A stretch of DNA of 64,000 nucleotides from Acholeplasmataceae bacterium (GTDB taxonomy: Bacteria; Bacillota_I; Bacilli_A; Acholeplasmatales; Acholeplasmataceae). A program made the position numbers and the translations under genes. The notes under the pieces were generated by a model, which did no database searches, was not told the origin of the DNA, and saw nothing but the letters and a program-made list of their open reading frames with translations. The stretch lies in NCBI GenBank assembly GCA_963678355.1, contig OY782823.1, positions 1,056,800 through 1,120,799 of the forward strand. Reading direction: 5' to 3'. Of the stretch, positions 10,847 to 21,396 are shown piece by piece. Every line of letters begins with the position of its first letter. Position 1 is the stretch's first letter.

Positions 10847-11605
10847 TCATTCTCCTAAATAAGCTTTTATCACAGCTGGATCTTTTCTAATCATCTCAGG
10901 ATAGCCATGCGCAATCGTTTTACCATAATCAACAACAACTATGCGTTCACAAATCCCCATGACTAATTTCATATCATGTTCAATTAACAGGATAGATACA
11001 TTATATTGATCTTTAATAAACTCAATTGTATGCATTAATTCATGCGTCTCTTGATCATTCATCCCAGCTGCTGGTTCATCTAATAGTAATAGATTAGGAT
11101 TGGTCGCCAATGCTCTTAGAATTTCTAATTTTCTCTGTTTACCATACGGTAGATTTTTAGATAAATTGTAAGCTTCATTTTCCATATCAAATACTTTTAA
11201 CAAATCCATGGCTGTTTGCTGTGCTTTTGCTTCTTCGCTGCGAAATTTTTTTGTCTTAAATATCGCTTGAAAGAAATTATAGTTGAGTTGATTATGATAA
11301 GCAACTTTTATATTGTCAATGACTGACATCTCTTTAAACAATCTGATATTTTGAAAAGTTCTTGCACTACCAAGATTTACGATATCACTTGGTTTTTTAT
11401 TTCGTGTATTCACACCGTTAATTGCAATATAACCACTCGTTGGCTTATAAACACCAGTAAGCAGATTGAATATCGTAGTTTTACCAGCACCATTGGGTCC
11501 AATAAGACCAACCAATTCGCCCTTTTCAATTTTCAAATTGAAATTATCAACAGCGGTTAGTCCACCAAACATGATTTTCAAGTCTTTAGCTTCTAATACT
11601 GTCAT
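10847..11605 (-). CDS. livG: Branched-chain amino acid ABC transporter ATP-binding protein LivG
   Basis: Walker A GPNGAGKTT. Characteristic LivG C-terminal extension. Confidence 0.8.
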   Translation of the reverse strand: MTVLEAKDLKIMFGGLTAVDNFNLKIEKGELVGLIGPNGAGKTTIFNLLTGVYKPTSGYIAINGVNTRNKKPSDIVNLGSARTFQNIRLFKEMSVIDNIKVAYHNQLNYNFFQAIFKTKKFRSEEAKAQQTAMDLLKVFDMENEAYNLSKNLPYGKQRKLEILRALATNPNLLLLDEPAAGMNDQETHELMHTIEFIKDQYNVSILLIEHDMKLVMGICERIVVVDYGKTIAHGYPEMIRKDPAVIKAYLGE

Positions 11606-12663
11606 GTCTGATCACCTTGCTTTCCATACTTTGAATCAAACCGTTTAAATAAATCATTTATTTGTGATAAATGGAATTCTTTTGTACCAAGTAAACCTTG
11701 AGGTCTAAAAAGCATTACAACGATGAGTAATAAACTATAAATTAACATTCTAAATGATTCAAAATCTAATAATAATTGTGGTAATGCTGTTAAGAAAATT
11801 GCAGAAAGCACCGATCCTGTAACACTACCAATACCACCTAATACGACGATAACAAAAATATTTACAGATTGCATAAAGTTAATGCTTTGTGGCGAAATAT
11901 AGCCTTTAAACGCAAATAATGCACCACCTACACCACCAAAACCCGCAGCAAGTACGAATCCTAAAATTTTAAACTTGAATTGGTTGATACCAACAGATTC
12001 ACTTGCAATGTCATTTTCACGAATGGAAATCATAGCACGTCCATACTTAGAATTCATCATCAGTACAACAATTAATATCACGATTACAACAGTAAAATAT
12101 GCCGTATTAAATGTTGAAAGTTGAGGAATATTTCTAAGTCCACCTGGCCCACCTGTGATTGCTGGAAGATTATTTGCAGAAACCCTAACTATTTCACCGA
12201 AACCCAATGTGAGTATACCTAGGTAATCACCTTTAAGTCTCAGTGCAGGTGTCCCAATAATAAACCCAACTGCTGCTGCTGAAATAAATGCCACAAGTAC
12301 AGATATGATATAAAGTAGAACATCACTTGAAATATATGCTTGCATATGAATAGCAAAAATACCTGCGGTATAGCCACCAATACCCATAAATGCTGCATGT
12401 CCTAATATCAATTGTCCTAAAAACCCAGTCGCAATATTTAAGCTTACAGCTAATACAATAAATGCCATAATAGATAATAAGACGCCAATATAATAGTTAT
12501 TTAATACACCAACTAAAATTAAGAATTGAATTACAGCCCAAATAGATACAATCAAGATCAACGCAGGCATCATTGATAAAATTAATTTTGCAACTTTCCC
12601 GTGTTTTCCTTCGTTCACTTGTTTATAATATTTTCTAATTTTCTCTCTAATTTTTTCAGCCAT
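11602..12663 (-). CDS. livM: Branched-chain amino acid ABC transporter permease LivM
   Basis: Multi-TM permease overlapping livG by 4 nt. LivH/LivM-family architecture. Confidence 0.75.
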   Translation of the reverse strand: MAEKIREKIRKYYKQVNEGKHGKVAKLILSMMPALILIVSIWAVIQFLILVGVLNNYYIGVLLSIMAFIVLAVSLNIATGFLGQLILGHAAFMGIGGYTAGIFAIHMQAYISSDVLLYIISVLVAFISAAAVGFIIGTPALRLKGDYLGILTLGFGEIVRVSANNLPAITGGPGGLRNIPQLSTFNTAYFTVVIVILIVVLMMNSKYGRAMISIRENDIASESVGINQFKFKILGFVLAAGFGGVGGALFAFKGYISPQSINFMQSVNIFVIVVLGGIGSVTGSVLSAIFLTALPQLLLDFESFRMLIYSLLLIVVMLFRPQGLLGTKEFHLSQINDLFKRFDSKYGKQGDQT

Positions 12664-12664
12664 A

Positions 12665-13549
12665 TTATACCTTCTCCTTCACATTTTTACCTAAAATACC
12701 TGAAGGTTTTAAAAGTAGTACAATAATCAAGATAGCAAAAACTAATGCATCCGCCCAATATGTTGAAATATAAGTCTTTGTTAAACCTTCTGCTATCCCA
12801 ATAATATAGCCTCCAATAACAGCACCCCCGATGTTTCCAATACCACCAAGTACTGCTGCAATAAATGCTTTTAATCCAGGTAGCATCCCCATGTATGGTT
12901 CAATATTGACATATGCTATAGAATAAAATACACCAGCTAATGCACCTAAGGCACTTCCTAAAGCAAATGTTAGTGAGATGACTCTATCAACGTTAATACC
13001 CATAAGTCTTGCTGCATCTTGATCTTGTGATACAGCACGCATCGCTTTTCCTGGTTTTGTTCTATGAACAAAAACCGTTAATAATATCATCATAACAACT
13101 GATACAATGATTGTATAAAATGTAATTGGTGATATTTCAAAACCTAGAACATGAAAAGCTTCAGAACTAAAAATATTTATTCTTACTAAAGGTGTTGCAG
13201 TAAAAATAAATTGGGCTAAAGCTTCTAAAAACAAACTTACTCCAATCGCTGTAATCAGTGCTGATATTCTAGGTGCCTTTCTTAGTTTTCGATATGCGAC
13301 ACGTTCAATTACAATACCAAATAATGCCCCGACAAACATCGTAATAATAATAGATATTATTGGTGGAAAATATCCACCAAAATTACTAAATAATATAAAA
13401 CTTGTATAAGCACCGATCATCATGATATCGCCATGTGCAAAGTTGATTAATTTGATAATCCCATAAACCATCGTATAACCAATCGCAATCAGTGCCAATA
13501 TACTGCCATATCTAATTGCATTAAGCAATTGTTGAATAAAAAAATCCAT
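12665..13549 (-). CDS. livH: Branched-chain amino acid ABC transporter permease LivH
   Basis: Multi-TM protein directly adjacent to livM. Confidence 0.75.
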   Translation of the reverse strand: MDFFIQQLLNAIRYGSILALIAIGYTMVYGIIKLINFAHGDIMMIGAYTSFILFSNFGGYFPPIISIIITMFVGALFGIVIERVAYRKLRKAPRISALITAIGVSLFLEALAQFIFTATPLVRINIFSSEAFHVLGFEISPITFYTIIVSVVMMILLTVFVHRTKPGKAMRAVSQDQDAARLMGINVDRVISLTFALGSALGALAGVFYSIAYVNIEPYMGMLPGLKAFIAAVLGGIGNIGGAVIGGYIIGIAEGLTKTYISTYWADALVFAILIIVLLLKPSGILGKNVKEKV

Positions 13550-13627
13550 ATAAGTTAATCCCTTCTAAGTAAATAGAGGAGTATATTGGATATACCCCTC
13601 TTAAAGCTTCATTTTATAGAACTTAAA

Positions 13628-14749
13628 TTATGCGGCAGATACTTTCTTAACAAGTACTTGTTCACCATCTTCTGCTTTAATAATTGAAACTGATTTATTT
13701 TGAGCATCTCCACCAGCATCAAATGATATTGATCCTGTAACAGCATCTTCAAATGTAATTGCATTTAATGCTGCAATTACTGCATCATATTCAACAGAAC
13801 CTGCATCTTCCATAGCTTGAGCCATTAATTTAACTGCATCATATGCTAATGCTGCTAATGCATTTGGTGCTTCACCAAATTCATCTGTAAATGCTGATAC
13901 AAAGCCTTGAACTAATGGTGATTCATCAGATTTAGTATAGTGATTTCCAAAATACATACCATCTGCTGCTTCCGCATAAGTTGATTCAATACTGTCCCAA
14001 CCATCTCCGCCTAAGAATGGAATATCTAACCCTTGATCTTTAGCTTCTGATAAAATTGGTCCTACTGTATCTGTATATGTAGGTACAAATACTACATCAT
14101 AACCACCATTTTTAATAGTTGTGATATCTGTACTAAAATCTACTGTATCAGCAGAAAATCCCATTTCTTTTACTTCTAAACCAGCACTTACATATTCTGC
14201 TACAAAAGCATCTTTTAACCCAACTGAGTAATCATCACCTGAATCAAATAACACAGCTGCTTTAACTGAATTTAAATCATTCATTGCAAATGATGCCATG
14301 ACTGCACCTTGATATGAATCAAGATAACATGCTCTAAATATATTGGCTGCATTTTCTGTAATACTTACTGCAGTTCCTGTCGGTGTAAGTACAGGAATGC
14401 CATCTTCTACTGCATATGGTTTAAACGCATTTGTGAAACCTGAGAATGTACCACCAATGATTGCATCAACACCTTCAAGATCAACTGCACGGTTGTAGTT
14501 ATTGATTGCATCATCTGAATTTCCACGGTTATCTAAAATAACCAATTCTAATTCTTTCCCTAAAACGCCACCTGCGGCATTCAATTCTTCAGCAGCTAAT
14601 AGTGCCCCATTTTGCACTGCTTCTCCATAAACTGAATACGAACCTGATATTGGTCCAAATACAGCAAATTTGACAGTATCTCCTCCGCCACAAGCAACTA
14701 GTGCTAATGATAATACTAAAGCCGATACTAACGCAAATAATTTTCTCAT
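13628..14749 (-). CDS. Branched-chain amino acid ABC transporter substrate-binding lipoprotein (LivJ/LivK-like)
   Basis: Signal peptide plus lipobox LALVACGGG. Periplasmic-binding-protein type I fold features. Start set at MRKLFA, which is preceded by a GAGGG RBS. Confidence 0.8.
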   Translation of the reverse strand: MRKLFALVSALVLSLALVACGGGDTVKFAVFGPISGSYSVYGEAVQNGALLAAEELNAAGGVLGKELELVILDNRGNSDDAINNYNRAVDLEGVDAIIGGTFSGFTNAFKPYAVEDGIPVLTPTGTAVSITENAANIFRACYLDSYQGAVMASFAMNDLNSVKAAVLFDSGDDYSVGLKDAFVAEYVSAGLEVKEMGFSADTVDFSTDITTIKNGGYDVVFVPTYTDTVGPILSEAKDQGLDIPFLGGDGWDSIESTYAEAADGMYFGNHYTKSDESPLVQGFVSAFTDEFGEAPNALAALAYDAVKLMAQAMEDAGSVEYDAVIAALNAITFEDAVTGSISFDAGGDAQNKSVSIIKAEDGEQVLVKKVSAA

Positions 14750-14835
14750 TTTATACCCTCGCTCTTTCTCTCTCATAAAATTGTATTGCTCGTATTCTAC
14801 AATATTTTTTTTGTTAGTGTCAACATTATTTATGA

Positions 14836-14880
14836 AGTTTTCATGAAAAACACGTCATGAAAATGTTTTCATAAATAAAT
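14836..14880. promoter_or_regulatory. Three TTTTCATGAAAA-type palindromic boxes (CodY-like) in the liv promoter region
   Basis: TTTTCATGAAAAA at 14838-14850, GTCATGAAAATG at 14854-14865, TTTTCATGAAAT at 14867-14878. Resembles the CodY consensus AATTTTCWGAAAATT. Confidence 0.4.
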
Positions 14881-14901
14881 TATCGATTTAGGATAACAAA
14901 A

Positions 14902-14935
14902 AAAGCGGAAATTTATAAAAATTCCGCTTTTATTT
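14902..14935 (-). terminator. Intrinsic terminator of the lysine/DAP operon (bidirectional T-runs)
   Basis: agcggaa...ttccgct hairpin with T-tracts on both strands. Confidence 0.6.
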
Positions 14936-14946
14936 ATGATTTATTT

Positions 14947-16074
14947 TTAATCTATAATTTTTAAAGCTTTTGCCATTTTTATATAATAGTTTAAGCCAAC
15001 CTCTAAGATGCTTTCATCAAAATTGAATAGATTGCTATGCAATGGATGAATATATCCTTTATCTTCATTCTTAGTGCCGACAAATGCAAACATGCCAGGT
15101 ACTTTTTTAAGATAGAACGCAAAATCTTCAGCAATCATCAAAGGTTCAACAACCTCATATGCATCAGGTTCATACTGTTCAATCGCTAAATCAAAAAACT
15201 CAGGCGTATTAATGACAGCGGGATAATAATCTCTTACGATGCCTTCCACTTCGCAATCAAACATCATCGCAACCCCTTGATTAATTTCTTTCATACGTTT
15301 TTTAATCAAGTCATACACATCTTGATCATAGACTCTCATTGTACCCGATAACTTAACTTCTCCAGCGATGATATTTCTAGCTTCTCCACCTTGAATTGTT
15401 CCTATAGTAATTACTGCAGGTTTTAAAGGATTGATATTTCTGCTTATTATACTTTGGTAAGCTTGTACTAAATGGGCTTGTGCCAAAATAGCGTCCTTAC
15501 CTAAATGTGGCTGTGCACCATGAGCAGATTTGGCTTTGATAACAATATCAAATTCTCCATTTTGTGCTGTCATCGGTCCACGAGCAAATCCCATTTTACC
15601 CTGAGTAACACCTGGAAATACATGAAGACCAAAAATTTTAGTTATTTCATACTTTTCGAAAATCCCTTCATCAATAATGATTTGAGCGCCTCCCGGCCCC
15701 TCTTCTGCCGGTTGAAAAATAAATACAACGGTTTGATTAACGTGATCAAGTGTAGATATATATTTAGCAAAACCTAAGAGCATGGTCATATGGCCATCAT
15801 GTCCACATGCATGCATCTTACCTTCATGTAAAGATTTAAAAACAATTTGATTAATCTCTGTAACAGGTAGTGCATCCATATCAGCACGAAAAGCAACAGC
15901 TTCTTTAATCTTGCCTTTTCTTACAGCAATCAATCCTGTCTTTGCCACAACTTCTGTTTCATAGCCAAATGATTCTAGTTGTTCTTTAACATATTGATGC
16001 GTTTTGAAAAGATCAAATCCCAACTCAGGTATTTGATGTAGATCTCTTCTAAATTTTACTAACATCTCTTTCAT
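14947..16074 (-). CDS. N-acetyldiaminopimelate deacetylase (M20 family amidohydrolase, YkuR/DapL-like)
   Basis: M20 peptidase motifs (HACGHDGH, metal-binding E/D). Located in the DAP operon next to dapH. Confidence 0.7.
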   Translation of the reverse strand: MKEMLVKFRRDLHQIPELGFDLFKTHQYVKEQLESFGYETEVVAKTGLIAVRKGKIKEAVAFRADMDALPVTEINQIVFKSLHEGKMHACGHDGHMTMLLGFAKYISTLDHVNQTVVFIFQPAEEGPGGAQIIIDEGIFEKYEITKIFGLHVFPGVTQGKMGFARGPMTAQNGEFDIVIKAKSAHGAQPHLGKDAILAQAHLVQAYQSIISRNINPLKPAVITIGTIQGGEARNIIAGEVKLSGTMRVYDQDVYDLIKKRMKEINQGVAMMFDCEVEGIVRDYYPAVINTPEFFDLAIEQYEPDAYEVVEPLMIAEDFAFYLKKVPGMFAFVGTKNEDKGYIHPLHSNLFNFDESILEVGLNYYIKMAKALKIID

Positions 16075-16119
16075 GTCATCACCCTAATTATTTTTAATTT
16101 ATTATATCATTAAAATGAT

Positions 16120-16824
16120 TTATCTTAAATCTTCTAAAATTTGCGTTTTTTCAGAAGTTTTTTCATCTTTTTGTTTAATCACTTTTGCAGGTGAACCCGC
16201 TACAACTGCATTTTTAGGTACATCTTGAGTCACAATTGCTCCAGCTGCAACCACAGCGCCTTCACCAATTCTAACACCTTCTAAAATCACAGCATTTGCA
16301 CCGACTAACACATTATCTTCAATAATCACTGGAGTTGCTGAAGGTGGTTCTAAAACGCCTGCAACCACTGCACCTGCACCAATATGACAGTTTTTACCAA
16401 TTGTCGCGCGAGCACCTAATACAGCATTCATATCAATCATTGTCTTTTCCCCAACAACTGAGCCGATATTGATTACCGCACCCATCATAATTACAGCTTG
16501 TTTACCAATAGTCACGTGTGTTCTAATAATTGCACCCGGTTCTATTCTAGCTTCTATATCTTTGGTTTCTAACATAGGTAGTGCAGAATTTCTTCTATCA
16601 TACTCTAAGTGTGATGATGTGATTTTATCTTTATATGTGTTTAGTACATTTTCTAATGCGCTCACTTCACCGATTAAAAACCGATAATTGCCTTCTCCAA
16701 AAACTTCAACGTTTTCAAATGTAACACCTTCAAAATCACCTTGTATATGTAATTTACCCGGTGTTTTTTTTGTTACTTCTTTAATATATTTTGCAATTGC
16801 ATATGCATCTTGTAATTGTTCCAT
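16120..16824 (-). CDS. dapH: 2,3,4,5-tetrahydropyridine-2,6-dicarboxylate N-acetyltransferase DapH
   Basis: Left-handed beta-helix hexapeptide repeats (IGxxxxIG pattern). 234 aa, DapH/YkuQ size. Operon context. Confidence 0.8.
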   Translation of the reverse strand: MEQLQDAYAIAKYIKEVTKKTPGKLHIQGDFEGVTFENVEVFGEGNYRFLIGEVSALENVLNTYKDKITSSHLEYDRRNSALPMLETKDIEARIEPGAIIRTHVTIGKQAVIMMGAVINIGSVVGEKTMIDMNAVLGARATIGKNCHIGAGAVVAGVLEPPSATPVIIEDNVLVGANAVILEGVRIGEGAVVAAGAIVTQDVPKNAVVAGSPAKVIKQKDEKTSEKTQILEDLR

Positions 16825-16832
16825 GTTTACTC

Positions 16833-17531
16833 CTATACTAAATCGGACATATGATAGAGTCCGTTTTCTTTATTTTTTAAAAACTTAGCTGCACGAAGTG
16901 CACCTTGTGAGAATATGCCTCTTGATAAAGCTTCATGTTTAATTGTGATCATTTCATCCTCTGAAGCAAGTAATATCTCATGTTCACCAACAATTGTTCC
17001 ACCACGGACCGCATGAACACCAATTTGATTTTTTTCACGCTTTTTGGTGTATTGATTTACAAACTCAGCATCTGGTCTAACCGTTTTAATTTCTTCTAAA
17101 ATTGTTTTAGCGGTTCCACTAGGTGCATCTTGTTTGTATCTATGATGCTTTTCAGTTAATTCGATATCATAATCGCCTACCATAGGTAAAACCGATTTTA
17201 AGGCTTTTAAGAGCACTTGAATACCATATGAGAAGTTATTACTATGGAAAATAGCGATTTCTTTTGATGCTTCTTCGATATATTCGAAATCATCTTCTGA
17301 TAATCCTGTAGTCGCAATCACTAAAGGTTTATGATTTCTTATAGAAAAATCAACAACTTTTCGGATTTGGCTCACGTGAGAAAAATCAATTAAACAGTCA
17401 TAAGATACATCTTCGCTTAACTCTTCTACTGTATCAAATCCAGCAACATATTCAAAGTCATTTGAACTTTGGACATCAGATTTGACTAATTTACCCATTT
17501 TCCCACTGATACCACTAATTAATATTTTCAT
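16833..17531 (-). CDS. dapB: 4-hydroxy-tetrahydrodipicolinate reductase DapB
   Basis: N-terminal GxxGxMG NAD(P)-binding motif and E.HHR.K.DAPSGTA signature. Confidence 0.85.
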   Translation of the reverse strand: MKILISGISGKMGKLVKSDVQSSNDFEYVAGFDTVEELSEDVSYDCLIDFSHVSQIRKVVDFSIRNHKPLVIATTGLSEDDFEYIEEASKEIAIFHSNNFSYGIQVLLKALKSVLPMVGDYDIELTEKHHRYKQDAPSGTAKTILEEIKTVRPDAEFVNQYTKKREKNQIGVHAVRGGTIVGEHEILLASEDEMITIKHEALSRGIFSQGALRAAKFLKNKENGLYHMSDLV

Positions 17532-18393
17532 ATAATCCCTCCGTTAAATCAAATTGATTAAGTACTTCAATAAGTTTTTCATGATGCTCACGTGTTAACT
17601 CAACTAAAGGTAGTCGAGTCGCTCCTACATTAAAACCTAAGTAACACAAGGCTTCTTTAACAGGCACGGGATTACTTTCAATGAACATGATATCATGTAA
17701 ATCTTTAAGATACTTTCCTTCTCTTTGATGTGTAGCAACTTCATGAATCACTGTAGGTAGAATGTTGGCAGTCACCGAAATGACACCACTACCACCCATT
17801 TTTAATATATCTTCTGTTTGATCATCATTACCTGAATAAACATCAAAGTCTAACGGTACTTTTTTGATTATTTCACTGATTTGTTCTAAGTTCCCACTCG
17901 CTTCTTTAAGTGCTACAATTTGAGGAACTTTTGCTAATTCAACAACCGAATCGACTTCTAAATTGACACCAGTTCTGCCTGGAACATTATATAAAACAAT
18001 TGGTAGATCACATGCTTTTGCAATCGCTTTATAATGAGCGATAAGCCCTCTTTGAGTCGGTTTATTATAATATGGTGTGACCACTAAAAGTCCATCAGCA
18101 CCAATTGATTTAGCATATAGTGATAATTCGATGCTTTGATCTGTATTATTTGATCCTGTGCCAGCAATAATTGGAATTTTATGATCTGCAACTTTTATAG
18201 AAAATGATAAAACTTCTTTTTTTTCTTCCATGGATAGCGTTGCTGATTCAGCAGTCGTTCCACAGATGATTAATGCATCTGTTTTCATTTCTATATGCCA
18301 TAATATTAATTTTTCTAACATATCATAATTTACTTCTAAATTGTCATTAAATGGTGTAATTAGTGCGACACCAGAACCTTTGAATAAACTCAT
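17515..18393 (-). CDS. dapA: 4-hydroxy-tetrahydrodipicolinate synthase DapA
   Basis: 292 aa. TPF......D and GTTGES motifs of the DapA/NAL family. Confidence 0.9.
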   Translation of the reverse strand: MSLFKGSGVALITPFNDNLEVNYDMLEKLILWHIEMKTDALIICGTTAESATLSMEEKKEVLSFSIKVADHKIPIIAGTGSNNTDQSIELSLYAKSIGADGLLVVTPYYNKPTQRGLIAHYKAIAKACDLPIVLYNVPGRTGVNLEVDSVVELAKVPQIVALKEASGNLEQISEIIKKVPLDFDVYSGNDDQTEDILKMGGSGVISVTANILPTVIHEVATHQREGKYLKDLHDIMFIESNPVPVKEALCYLGFNVGATRLPLVELTREHHEKLIEVLNQFDLTEGLYENIN

Positions 18394-19373
18394 CTAAGTC
18401 CCTCCTTAATCATATACTCTGCAATTTGTATTGTGTTTGTTGCAGCGCCTTTTCTGATGTTATCTGCAACCACCCACATATTTAATCCATTTTCCACTGA
18501 TGGATCTAATCTTAGTCTTCCTACGTGAACTTCATCAGTATGACGAATATCACTTACTGTTGGATAATCATTTTCATGATAAATTAGTCCCTCATAGTTT
18601 TTAAACGCTTTGACAAGTTTATCTTTATCAATTGGAAGTTCTGTTTCAACATTGATTGACATACTGTGTCCATATGAGACAGGAACTCTAACACAAGTTG
18701 CTGTCACTTTGACATTTTGTTCTAATATCTTTTGTGTTTCTTTAATCATTTTTTGTTCTTCTTTAGTATAACCATCACTTAAAAATACATCGATGTGTGG
18801 CAGACAGTTATCAAAAATAGTTTTTGGATAAAACTCTGGATCTTGACCTTTACTACCTCGTTCTAAATCTTCTAACCCTTTATATCCAGAACCTGATACT
18901 GCTTGATAAGATGAATAAACCACTCTTTTAATTTTAAATAATTGATCAATTGCTTTTAAAGGTACTACACTTTGAATGGTACTACAATTCGGATTAGCAA
19001 TTAAATAATTTTCACTTGTTAAAACATGCCCGTTTACTTCAGGTACAATTAATGGAATATCATCATGCATTCTAAACGCACTTGAATTATCGATGACAGT
19101 CACGCCCTTTGCTGCTGCGATTGGGCTGAATTCAAGACTAGCGCCAGCGCCTGCTGAAAAAAGCGCAAAATCAAAGTGTTCATCAAATGAATGTTGATCT
19201 AATAACTGTACTTCATAAGATTTACCCATAAATTCAATTTTTGTTCCTGCAGATCTAGAAGATGCAAAAAATACTATTTTATTTATAGGAAATGATCTTT
19301 TCTCTAAAACTTTTCTAAATGTTTGTCCAACCAAACCGGTTGCACCAACAACTGCAACATCATATGTTTTCAT
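18390..19373 (-). CDS. asd: Aspartate-semialdehyde dehydrogenase
   Basis: VAVVGATGLVGQ Rossmann motif. Catalytic NCST region (IANPNCSTIQ). Confidence 0.9.
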   Translation of the reverse strand: MKTYDVAVVGATGLVGQTFRKVLEKRSFPINKIVFFASSRSAGTKIEFMGKSYEVQLLDQHSFDEHFDFALFSAGAGASLEFSPIAAAKGVTVIDNSSAFRMHDDIPLIVPEVNGHVLTSENYLIANPNCSTIQSVVPLKAIDQLFKIKRVVYSSYQAVSGSGYKGLEDLERGSKGQDPEFYPKTIFDNCLPHIDVFLSDGYTKEEQKMIKETQKILEQNVKVTATCVRVPVSYGHSMSINVETELPIDKDKLVKAFKNYEGLIYHENDYPTVSDIRHTDEVHVGRLRLDPSVENGLNMWVVADNIRKGAATNTIQIAEYMIKEGLR

Positions 19374-19375
19374 GA

Positions 19376-20185
19376 TTATAACTCCATTTCAATTTGTGCA
19401 ATAAATTTAGCAGGTCCCTTTAAATATACATCATCATTAGTAACAGTTATATTTAGTTTACCGCCCGGTACACTTACCTCTATACAATTTTTTGTTTTCC
19501 CTAGTTGATAAGCTAGATAACCCGATGCAGAACTACCTGTACCACATGAAAGTGTCCACCCTACACCACGTTCATATGTTTTAATATCTAAGTGCGTCTC
19601 ATCAATGACTTTAACAAAATTAATATTACTTCTTTTAGGGAAATAACTATGATGGCATAATGCATCTGCAATATCATCATAAGCATTTAAATTATCCGTA
19701 AAAACTACAGTGTGTAATGTGCCAAGATTAAAGACATACGCTTCAACTGACTGATTACCTACTTCTAAATAAATTGGTTTGATCTCTTCTTGTATATCAT
19801 TGATATCTGGTTTTGATAATTTAACAACTGGTTTACCAAGATTCACTTCAAATAAATCTTCTTGTTTTGAAACAGCCATGATACCAGCTAAGGTTTCAAT
19901 ATTTAATTGATCTTTTTCAAATATGTTTTGGTCATATAAAAACTTAGCAAAAGATCTAATACCATTGCCACACATTGGAGCAATCGTACCATCGCTGTTA
20001 TAATAATTCATTTTAATATCTGCAACATTAGAAGATGATGGATACATGATGCCATCAGCACCTATGCCAAAATGTCTATCGCATACTTTTAATGCTAACG
20101 CACTAGGATCACTAGGCACAAAATTAAATAGTATGAAATCATTTCCTGTCGCTTGATATTTATATAGACTAGGCATTTTGATCAC
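19376..20185 (-). CDS. dapF: Diaminopimelate epimerase DapF
   Basis: Catalytic cysteine motifs MCGNGIR and SCGTGSSA typical of DapF. Confidence 0.85.
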   Translation of the reverse strand: MIKMPSLYKYQATGNDFILFNFVPSDPSALALKVCDRHFGIGADGIMYPSSSNVADIKMNYYNSDGTIAPMCGNGIRSFAKFLYDQNIFEKDQLNIETLAGIMAVSKQEDLFEVNLGKPVVKLSKPDINDIQEEIKPIYLEVGNQSVEAYVFNLGTLHTVVFTDNLNAYDDIADALCHHSYFPKRSNINFVKVIDETHLDIKTYERGVGWTLSCGTGSSASGYLAYQLGKTKNCIEVSVPGGKLNITVTNDDVYLKGPAKFIAQIEMEL

Positions 20186-21386
20186 CTAGATTAAAAGCAT
20201 TTGCAATTGCTAATATAGCTTGATCTTTTAAATCTTTTGAAATTGTGTAAGAAATACTAATTTCTGAAGTTGTAACTAATTTAAATTCAATATTGTTTTG
20301 AGATAAGACTTTAAACAATTCCGCAGCAACCCCAGATTGATGTCTCATTGCTTGTCCTACAACAGATACTTTTACGACTTGGTCATCTAAAATAACTTCT
20401 ATTGAAGGATGGTTTTTAATAAGTTTATCTAAGACCTCATTAATTTGATTAAAATCATTAGCCCCAGCTGTAAATGACACATTAATATAATCATTGATAG
20501 ATGGTGATTGTGTAATCATATCGACATTAACTTCATTTTGAGCAAGGCTCATAAATAAGTCAGCAACGATATGTAATTGATTAGGTACTTTTCTTAATGT
20601 GACCATCATCACTTTATCGCTGACTGATAGTCCAGTTATTGTTTGTTTTTCTAGCATGGTTTCCTCCATAATATATGTGCCCTTCTCAGTAGTTAGTGAA
20701 GATGCAACATAGATTTTTACATGATTTTGATGTGCTATTTCAATCGATCTTGGCTCCATCACTTTAGCACCTAAAAAAGCCATTTCTTTCATTTCTTCAT
20801 AGCTGATTGCCTCAAGTTTTTTCGCATTTGGAAAAATTCTTGGATCAGCTGTATAAATGCCATCAACATCCGTATAAATTTCACAGTCACACTCAAGTTT
20901 TGCAGCAAGTGCTACTGCAGAAGTGTCAGATCCACCTCGGCCAAGTGTTGTGATATCTCCTTGATCGTTAACACCTTGGAATCCTGCGATGACAGCAATT
21001 TGCCCTAACTCAAGATGTTGTTCGATAAGTGTTGTATCAATATCATTAATCTTGTTGTTCATGTGTTCACCAAATGTTTTGATACCCGCTTGTAATCCGG
21101 TTAAGGCTACAGCATCAATATCTCTAGCTTTTAAAATCATTGTAAACAGTGAAATAGATACTTGTTCACCTGTTGATATTAACATGTCAGTTTCTCTTTT
21201 AGATGGGTATTTTGTGACTTGCTTCGCTAAGTCTAGAAGTTGATTGGTTGTTTTACCCATCGCTGATAAAACGACGACAACCTCATATCCTTCTTCTTTT
21301 TTAGCAATCACTCTATCAGCAACATTTTGCATGTGCAAAATGGATTGAACTGAACTACCTCCAAATTTCATAACTATTTTTTTCAT
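20169..21386 (-). CDS. lysC: Aspartate kinase (lysine-sensitive type, with ACT domains)
   Basis: KFGGSS N-terminal kinase motif, C-terminal ACT domains. 405 aa. Confidence 0.85.
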   Translation of the reverse strand: MKKIVMKFGGSSVQSILHMQNVADRVIAKKEEGYEVVVVLSAMGKTTNQLLDLAKQVTKYPSKRETDMLISTGEQVSISLFTMILKARDIDAVALTGLQAGIKTFGEHMNNKINDIDTTLIEQHLELGQIAVIAGFQGVNDQGDITTLGRGGSDTSAVALAAKLECDCEIYTDVDGIYTADPRIFPNAKKLEAISYEEMKEMAFLGAKVMEPRSIEIAHQNHVKIYVASSLTTEKGTYIMEETMLEKQTITGLSVSDKVMMVTLRKVPNQLHIVADLFMSLAQNEVNVDMITQSPSINDYINVSFTAGANDFNQINEVLDKLIKNHPSIEVILDDQVVKVSVVGQAMRHQSGVAAELFKVLSQNNIEFKLVTTSEISISYTISKDLKDQAILAIANAFNLGDQNA

Positions 21387-21396
21387 TATCTATTTC

